Shown here: piece by piece, positions 57,802 to 64,000 of the stretch | Layout: every line of letters starts with the position of its first letter | How positions within the stretch are numbered: position 1 is the first letter of the stretch | Assembly (NCBI GenBank): GCA_963739395.1 | Contig: CAVUAE010000001.1 | Location: 1,386,930-1,450,929, forward strand | Direction of reading: 5' to 3' | Source: an uncultured Chloroflexia bacterium | Lineage (GTDB): Bacteria > Chloroflexota > Dehalococcoidia > Dehalococcoidales > RBG-16-60-22 | DNA length: 64,000 bases | Program-made: the position numbers and the translations under genes | The notes under the pieces: model-generated | The model's database searches: none | The model's input: the letters and a program-made list of their open reading frames with translations, nothing else | What the model was told of the DNA's origin: nothing

Positions 57802-60744
57802 TTATGGGTAAATCGTTCCGGCTGTCGTTACTGCAAGCCAGAAACCTTCACCTGGGTTCATATTTGTTCCACTTACTACTACTGTGTATCCTCCAGTGAT
57901 ATTGTTCAATCTATAGAGCCTGACAATGCCGGTTAAGCCTGCCAAGTAAGTAGTGTCTAACTTTGCCGTGGTTGACGTAATGCCAATCATGTTCCAGCCA
58001 GGATACACGGGATAAGCTGATGGCAGTGCTGGTGGAAGCGGCGCGGCAGTGCCAGTGGCAACAAGTGTTGCCGGTGCTGACATTTGCAGCAAGTAAGCCT
58101 TGCCGTCCGTCATCGTAGTCAGCGAAGGACTTGGCAGACCCGGTGCCCAGCTTTTCCAGGCAGCAGGACTGACCGAGGTATCGTAGTACCAGACAGCCAG
58201 GACATTGGCGGAAATGCCACTCAATACCGTGCCAATAGCCGAGTTGGTGGGTACCAGAGGCAGGGAAATAAGGTTCCAGCCCGTCCCCAGCGCGATTTGA
58301 GATGCATTGGTTGCTGGGAATACTGCGGTTACCACACCTGAGTTGGCCGGGTTGGTTACTGTTGTTGCTCCGGCTACGGTGAAGGAGTTCGCAGCCACGC
58401 CTATTAAGGTATATCCTGCTCTGGCTGTCAGCGTGATGGTTGCCGTGTAGGTTGTTCCTCCCGCAAAAGTAGCAGCAACAGGACTCCATGTTACGGTTCC
58501 GGTGTATTGAGCTATTGCTGTAACTGTCGTCACTGGGGTCCCACCGGTTACTGGTGCGGTTACTCCAGCGATGGCTAAAGTACTGATGGTAGTTAAGGTT
58601 GCGGGGAATACTGCGGTTACCACACCTGAGTTAGCCGCGTTGGTTGTTGTTGCTCCGGCTACGGTAAAGTAGTTCGCAGTCACACCCGTTAAGGTGTATC
58701 CTGTTGCGGGTGTCAGTGTGATGGTTGCCGTGTAGGCTGTCCCTCCCGCAAACGTAGCAGCAGCAGGACCCCATGTTACGGTTCCGGTGTATTGAGTTGC
58801 TGCTGTAATTGTCGTTACTGGAGTTGCACCGATTACTGGTGCGGTTACTCCAAGGATGCCTGCAGTAGTGATTGGTAACGTTGCGGCTGCTGGGAATACT
58901 GCGGTTACCACACCTGAGTTGGCCGGGTTAGTTACTCCTCCTGTTGCTCCGGCTACGGTGAAGGAGTTCGCAGCCACACCCGTTAAGGTATATCCTGCTT
59001 TGGGTGTCAGTATAATGGTTGCCGTGTAGGCTGTCCCTCCCACAAACGTAGTAGTAACAGCAGGACTCCATGCTACGGTTCCGGTGTATTGAGTTGTTGG
59101 GGTAATTGCCGTTACTGGGGCTACACCGGTTGCTGGTGCGGTTACTCCAGGGATGGCTGTAATACTGACTACCGCTAGAGCGGTTGCTGGGAATACTGCG
59201 GTTACCACACCTGAGTTGGCCGGGTTGGTTACTGTTGTTGCTCCGGCTACGGTGAAGGAGTTCGCAGCCACGCCTACTAAGGTATATCCTGCCCCAGCTG
59301 TCAGCGTGATGGTTGCCGTGTAGGCTGTCCCTGGCGCAAACGTAGCAGCAGCAGGACTCCATGTTACGGTTCCGGTGTATTGAGCTATTGCTGTAACTGT
59401 CGTCACTGGAGTGTTACCGGTTACTGGTGCGGCTACTCCAGCGATGGCTGTAGTACTGACTACCGCTAGACCGGCTGCGGTTGCTGGGAATACTGCGGTT
59501 ACCACACCTGAGTTAGCCGGGTTGGTTACTCCTCCTGTTGCTCCGGCTACGAGGAAGGAGTTAGCAGCCACACCCGTTAAGGTATATCCTGCTTTGGGTG
59601 TCAGTGTGATGGTTGCCGTGTAGGGTGTCGATGCCGCAAACGTAGTAGCAGCAGGACTCCATGTTACGGTTCCGGTGTATTGAGCTGTTGCTGTAACTGT
59701 CGTCACTGGAGTTGCACCGATTACTGGTGCGGTTACTCCAGGGATGTTTAAAGTAGTGATTACCGCTAGACCGGCTGCGGTTGCTGGGAATACTGCGGTT
59801 ACCACACCTGAGTTGGCCGGGTTAGTTACTCCTCCTGTTGCTCCGGTTACGGTGAAGTAGTTCTCAGTCACACCCGCTAAGGTATATCCTGATGTGGGTG
59901 TCAGTATAATGGTTGCTGTGTAGACTGTCGATGCCGCAAACGTAGTAGTAACAGTAGGACTCCATGCTACGGTTCCGGTGTATTGAGTTGCTGGGGTAAT
60001 TGTCGTTACTGGGGCTACACCGGTTGCTGGGGCGGTTACTCCAAGGATGCCGGCAGTACTGACTACCGCTAGAGCGGTTGCTGGGAATACTGCGGTTACC
60101 ACACCTGAGTTGGCCGGGTTGGTTACTGTTGTTGCTCCGGCTACGGTGAAGGAGTTCGCAGCCACGCCTACTAAGGTATATCCTGCCCCAGCTGTCAGCG
60201 TGATGGTTGCCGTGTAGGCTGTCCCTGGCGCAAACGTAGCAGCAGCAGGACTCCATGTTACGGTTCCGGTGTATTGACCTATTGCTGTAACTGTCGTCAC
60301 TGGGGTTCCACCGGTTGCTGGTGCGGTTACTCCAGCGATGTTTAAAGTACTAATGGTTGCTGCGGTCGCTGGGAATATTGCGGTTACCACACCTGAGCCG
60401 GCTGGGTTGGTTACTCCTCCTGTTGCTCCGGTTACGGTGAAGTAGTTCTCAGTCACACCCGCTAAGGTATATCCTGATGTGGGTGTCAGTATGATGGTTG
60501 CCGTGTAGACTGTCCCTGCCGCAAACGTAGTAGTAACAGCAGGACTCCATGCTATGGTTCCGGTGTATTCAGTTGTTGGGGTAATTGCCGTTACTGGGGC
60601 TACACCGGTTACTGGTGCGGTTACTCCAGGGATGGCTGCAATATCAATTACGGCGTCTGCCGCCATTGCCGGCGCTGCCATTACCAGGCTCAAGCCCAGT
60701 ACTAGCACCAGTGCAAACAGAATGTTAAAAATTTTCCTTTTCAT
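57802..60744 (-). CDS. Secreted Thr/Ala/Val-rich protein with eight ~97-aa repeats and a GWNLIS-type C-terminal domain
   Basis: Signal peptide; GVTAP.TG..PVT...QYTGTV.WSP...YTATI.LT...GYTL...NSGVVTAVFPAT x8; LGTGWNLISLP, PGWNMIG, PGEGFW. Confidence 0.9.
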   Translation of the reverse strand: MKRKIFNILFALVLVLGLSLVMAAPAMAADAVIDIAAIPGVTAPVTGVAPVTAITPTTEYTGTIAWSPAVTTTFAAGTVYTATIILTPTSGYTLAGVTENYFTVTGATGGVTNPAGSGVVTAIFPATAATISTLNIAGVTAPATGGTPVTTVTAIGQYTGTVTWSPAAATFAPGTAYTATITLTAGAGYTLVGVAANSFTVAGATTVTNPANSGVVTAVFPATALAVVSTAGILGVTAPATGVAPVTTITPATQYTGTVAWSPTVTTTFAASTVYTATIILTPTSGYTLAGVTENYFTVTGATGGVTNPANSGVVTAVFPATAAGLAVITTLNIPGVTAPVIGATPVTTVTATAQYTGTVTWSPAATTFAASTPYTATITLTPKAGYTLTGVAANSFLVAGATGGVTNPANSGVVTAVFPATAAGLAVVSTTAIAGVAAPVTGNTPVTTVTAIAQYTGTVTWSPAAATFAPGTAYTATITLTAGAGYTLVGVAANSFTVAGATTVTNPANSGVVTAVFPATALAVVSITAIPGVTAPATGVAPVTAITPTTQYTGTVAWSPAVTTTFVGGTAYTATIILTPKAGYTLTGVAANSFTVAGATGGVTNPANSGVVTAVFPAAATLPITTAGILGVTAPVIGATPVTTITAATQYTGTVTWGPAAATFAGGTAYTATITLTPATGYTLTGVTANYFTVAGATTTNAANSGVVTAVFPATLTTISTLAIAGVTAPVTGGTPVTTVTAIAQYTGTVTWSPVAATFAGGTTYTATITLTARAGYTLIGVAANSFTVAGATTVTNPANSGVVTAVFPATNASQIALGTGWNLISLPLVPTNSAIGTVLSGISANVLAVWYYDTSVSPAAWKSWAPGLPSPSLTTMTDGKAYLLQMSAPATLVATGTAAPLPPALPSAYPVYPGWNMIGITSTTAKLDTTYLAGLTGIVRLYRLNNITGGYTVVVSGTNMNPGEGFWLAVTTAGTIYP

Positions 60745-60940
60745 TATTTTTATATCCTCCTTGAAAAATTTTTCTTTGTTAGAAACGGGCTCTTACAAAC
60801 TTCTCCGATAGTAATCACCTCCCTTTGTATTAATTTAGATATCCTTACTCCTGAACATTGCTCACCTCCTTCAAAAGCTATCCCTACCCACCGTCAAGTT
60901 CAGGCTTCTTATTTTCTGATTCTAAATTCAGCATATATTT

Positions 60941-61099
60941 TTATACCCAGTTTTTAGCGCTACTGATTTCTCCGGGAACCGAGTATTCAATGGCTACCTT
61001 CCCTGTTGTTATATCTACAAGTCGCCGGAATTCGTCTTTCGCAAAAATACCATAAGAACCGAAATAGCCCACCTGTTTCCATCCGTTCAAGTCCGGCAT
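60941..61099 (-). CDS. Small hypothetical protein (start uncertain)
   Basis: MPDLNGWKQVGYFGSYGIFAK..., GAGAGG RBS. Confidence 0.5.
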   Translation of the reverse strand: MPDLNGWKQVGYFGSYGIFAKDEFRRLVDITTGKVAIEYSVPGEISSAKNWV

Positions 61100-61187
61100 A
61101 TTACCGCCTCTTTCTCTGATAGATAATGGTTTATCTTTGGAAACTGATACTAAACTCATTACCTTCGGAATATCCTTTGAAAGATAT

Positions 61188-61472
61188 TTACGCAACTTGT
61201 TGCCTTTTACGCTCAATCAGATCCTCAATCATGGTAACCAGGTCTTTGTCCAACTCTGGGTATTTTTCTTGGATGTAATCACGAAAGTCCGGCAGCTCTA
61301 CCTGCCCATCAATATTTTGGATGAAGAACATCAAAGCCGCCGTAACCGCCGATTCAACTGCCTCGGTAAAGGTCGTTTTCCCCCTCCATTGTCCCCTTTT
61401 CTCTGTCACGGTCTCTATGAACCTGGAATAAAGCTCCTCGGATAACTTAACAAATAAGGTTTTTCTTGCCAT
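61188..61472 (-). CDS. Ribbon-helix-helix-like small regulator
   Basis: RKTLFVKLSEELY.RF...TFTEAVESAV pattern. Confidence 0.55.
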   Translation of the reverse strand: MARKTLFVKLSEELYSRFIETVTEKRGQWRGKTTFTEAVESAVTAALMFFIQNIDGQVELPDFRDYIQEKYPELDKDLVTMIEDLIERKRQQVA

Positions 61473-61966
61473 TAGAATAGTCCCGTTTTTGCCCCCCCTT
61501 TTATTTCGTCGTGCTAAACTGCTAAAATATATATAGGTGATATAATCACCTAATAATAAATAAGCGACCTAGCAGCATCAGGCTTTTTAAACGTGGCGCG
61601 TTTCGAACTGCTGGTGCATAATATCAACTCAGCGGGCTGAGTATGCCCTCCGCTGCTAGGTGCCCGTTTATGGGTATATGATTGATTTCCATGAATTACT
61701 GCTGCCTGCAAACAACGAACATCGCCTATCAGAAACAACTCCGACAGCCAGTGTTTTCCACTAACCTGCTTTCCGCAGGTCACGAAAGATTCTCCGTAAA
61801 GCAATGTTTTGTCACCTTAATAATTTATATAAGACTTTAGATATTTATGTATATGTACTTAAACATGTTTATAGCATAACAAATGATGTTTGTCAAGTTA
61901 ATTAGATAAATAGTAGTGAATAATTAGACAAATACGAAGTATTTGGCAACCTGCAATTGAACGCAG

Positions 61967-62425
61967 TTGAGGTGGGACAAATTGGAAAATAAAGAATTAA
62001 GTGAGTTTTTAACCAAGCAGTGTGAAGAGAGAGGGCTGTCTTTTCGCAGTCTATCGGTGAATGCCGGCCTCAGCCCGGGCACGGTTCATAATATCATCAG
62101 AAGAAAATACAGGCCTAACATTTCTTCGCTAAATGCGCTAGCAGACTATCTTGGTGTAAAAAGAGAATACCTCTGGCAGATGGCCGGCTTGCTTGAAGAT
62201 ATGGACTACAGCACCGAAACCACCTTTAGTGACCCTCAGGTGAGATTTCACTTTGCCCAGGTGGATAAGCTGCCTAAAGAGAAAAGAAATATCATACTGA
62301 GTGTTATTGAAGCCCTGATAGTCAACCTAAAGTCTGAAGATAATAAGATACCGACTAAAGTTGTAGAGGTAGCTGAAGCTTCTAAAAGCCGCCGAAAATA
62401 CAAATCCCGCTCGTCTGAAGATTAG
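61967..62425 (+). CDS. XRE-family HTH transcriptional regulator
   Basis: RGLSFRSLSVNAGLSPGTVHNI.R...P....L..LADYLGV. Confidence 0.85.
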   Translation: MRWDKLENKELSEFLTKQCEERGLSFRSLSVNAGLSPGTVHNIIRRKYRPNISSLNALADYLGVKREYLWQMAGLLEDMDYSTETTFSDPQVRFHFAQVDKLPKEKRNIILSVIEALIVNLKSEDNKIPTKVVEVAEASKSRRKYKSRSSED

Positions 62426-62475
62426 AATACAATCCTCGATGTTTGGTTTGGCTGTTACCGGCTACTGATTACGAA

Positions 62476-63051
62476 TTATGGCTCTTTAGCATAAACGCCA
62501 AGTAGGGTTTTAGCTATTTTAACGACGCTTTTCCGCAGTTCCTCTGGCTCAAGAATCTCGACTTCCTCACCCCACCCCAGTATCCAGGCGCGAAGGTCTA
62601 TGGCATTAGTAACCTTGAGGGTCATTATCAATGCCCCATCATCCTGAGGTGCCTGCATCTGCGAGGGATGCCACACTGTCTCAGCTATTATTCTGGCTAT
62701 CTGTGGAGAAAACTTCAGTCTGATAGTCTCAACCTCTCCGTCAACAACGATACCCCATGAAGAGCTCAGGTAATCAATAGCATCGAAATCAGGTGGAATA
62801 AAATAAGTATCATCAAGTATTTGTATATCTTCTATACGCTCAACCTTAAATATGCGAACAGCATGAACCCAGTGACTGTAAGCAATCACATAGCTGGAAT
62901 GTCCCGGTGCCGCCGGCTCAATGAAATATGGTTCGATGACACATTCGGTTTGTTCTTCCTCAGCTAATGCTTGATACTGTATCCGAACTTGATGCTGAGA
63001 TACCCAAGCTTCAGCCTTAGCCAAAAGAGAATTGAGCCTGGCTGCCAACAT
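62476..63051 (-). CDS. WYL+WCX domain protein lacking the N-terminal HTH (probable truncation)
   Basis: VRIQY, IEPY, YVIAY, RIFKVERI, WHPSQ, WILGWGEEVEILEP.ELR. Confidence 0.8.
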   Translation of the reverse strand: MLAARLNSLLAKAEAWVSQHQVRIQYQALAEEEQTECVIEPYFIEPAAPGHSSYVIAYSHWVHAVRIFKVERIEDIQILDDTYFIPPDFDAIDYLSSSWGIVVDGEVETIRLKFSPQIARIIAETVWHPSQMQAPQDDGALIMTLKVTNAIDLRAWILGWGEEVEILEPEELRKSVVKIAKTLLGVYAKEP

Positions 63052-63320
63052 GGAGCACCTTTGATATCTTTACTTACTATCCTTGGTAGTGTTGAGGAAT
63101 ACAAAAGAATCGTGACCGTAGCTACTTCGAACTATGCAAACTCTCTTGGCATGGTGGTGTTATGCCAAAATTAGATTGTAGTGGAAAACCCACAGTTGAA
63201 GTGTTATAACGCTTGCATGCTCATTGATGCACAATCCGTCAAAAAGTTACCTTCCGCAAAGCCCATTTTAGATATTACTTCTAAAAATCCCGGTTTGATT
63301 AACTCGGATTATGGCGGGTC

Positions 63321-63349
63321 TTGACAAAAGAACAAATGTTCTATATAAT
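63321..63349 (+). promoter_or_regulatory. Consensus sigma70 promoter with a LexA box in the spacer
   Basis: TTGACA (63321)-N17-TATAAT (63344); AGAAC-AAAT-GTTCT at 63329-63342. Confidence 0.9.
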
Positions 63350-63379
63350 TACTTTTGCTGTCTTTTCAAAAGGTGAACC

Positions 63380-64000
63380 ATGAGAATACTTTGTGTGCTG
63401 TTACCCCATTTTCCTTGGCAGTGCGAGGTCCGGAGAAATCCGAATATAGCTAACCGACCGGCTATAGTTGTGCAGTCGAAAGAAGCCAACAGCTCGCAAA
63501 AGCTGGTGCTGGACTGGTCGCCGGAGCTAGAGGGCCCGGCGCCGGATATGCCCCTCCAGCAGGCGCTCGCCCGCCACGATAACGCCTTATTGATACCGTC
63601 CGATATTTCTCACTACCGCGCGGCGTTTAAAGAAATACTGGATAAACTAGAGCAGGTAAGCCCGCTGGTAGAAGGCGCTGAATTGGGCTTCATCTACATC
63701 GGCGTGGACGGACTGCACCTTATTTACCCGAATGATAGCGCGCTCATTAATGCCGTAAGCGAGGTCGCGGCGGATTTTATGCCGCAGATGGGCATTGCCG
63801 GGAACAAGTTTTTGGCGTCGCTGGCGGCACGGCAAAGCCAACCGGACGACTGCAAAATTTTATACGGCGATACCGCTTCTTTCCTGAAGGAGCTGCTCTG
63901 CGACGTGCTGCCGATATCCATAAAAAGCAAGAGCAAGCTGCACGAATTCGGCATTCGCACGCTGGGGCAGGCAGCCGCTATGCTACCCGGTCCGTTACAG
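63380..64000 (+). CDS. ImuB-like Y-family polymerase homologue, runs off the window end (not in ORF track)
   Basis: Read by hand: MRILCVLLPHFP...MPLQQALAR...VSPLVE...YIGVDGL...GIAGNKFLASLAA...LHEFGIRTLGQ. The catalytic D..xFY motif is absent. Confidence 0.8.
   Translation, partial: MRILCVLLPHFPWQCEVRRNPNIANRPAIVVQSKEANSSQKLVLDWSPELEGPAPDMPLQQALARHDNALLIPSDISHYRAAFKEILDKLEQVSPLVEGAELGFIYIGVDGLHLIYPNDSALINAVSEVAADFMPQMGIAGNKFLASLAARQSQPDDCKILYGDTASFLKELLCDVLPISIKSKSKLHEFGIRTLGQAAAMLPGPLQ

Larger units (their letters stand above)
47442..63300. mobile_element. Integrative element/genomic island next to tRNA-Ser (right boundary not defined)
   Basis: Integrase points at the tRNA; divergent excisionase; second recombinase; accessory cargo. 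No second att copy found in the window. Confidence 0.7.

Noticed and set aside
57802-60744. Variable repeats as a diversity-generating retroelement
   Set aside because: No reverse transcriptase; differences are segmental rather than adenine-specific, and all copies lie in one ORF.

Overview
The window is most consistent with a Dehalococcoidia-like (Chloroflexota) chromosome. This is inferred from gene content and an AGAAC-N4-GTTCT LexA box. Bases 1-47.1 kb are mostly housekeeping genes: coaBC, valS, secA, prs, hisHF, ppsA, the F0F1 atp operon, rpsP, uvrB, ruvCA, nfi, prfB (programmed frameshift), radC and ddh. AT-rich inserts interrupt them: an MvaI/BcnI-type R-M pair, a RelA/SpoT-like two-gene module and a DnaJ-zinc-finger-TIR gene. 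From tRNA-Ser(TGA) at 47.4 kb to about 63.3 kb lies an integrative element with a tyrosine integrase, an excisionase, a nonsense-disrupted Zn-ribbon recombinase, sigma-like and beta-clamp-like genes, two repetitive surface proteins and XRE/WYL regulators. A LexA-boxed imuB-like gene follows and runs off the window end. The most unusual signal is non-coding: several families of short hairpin repeats, each with a 4-nt foot, that insert into one another (up to three levels deep), into genes (in-frame in valS, and at the ruvC stop) and next to the tRNA 3' end. One family shares its core with the inverted hairpins that bracket a stand-alone GIY-YIG nuclease gene, which suggests a REP/RAYT-like system driven by a GIY-YIG enzyme. 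An unannotated 38-aa membrane ORF also sits between atpE and atpF. No searches were run; all product calls come from motif recognition by eye.
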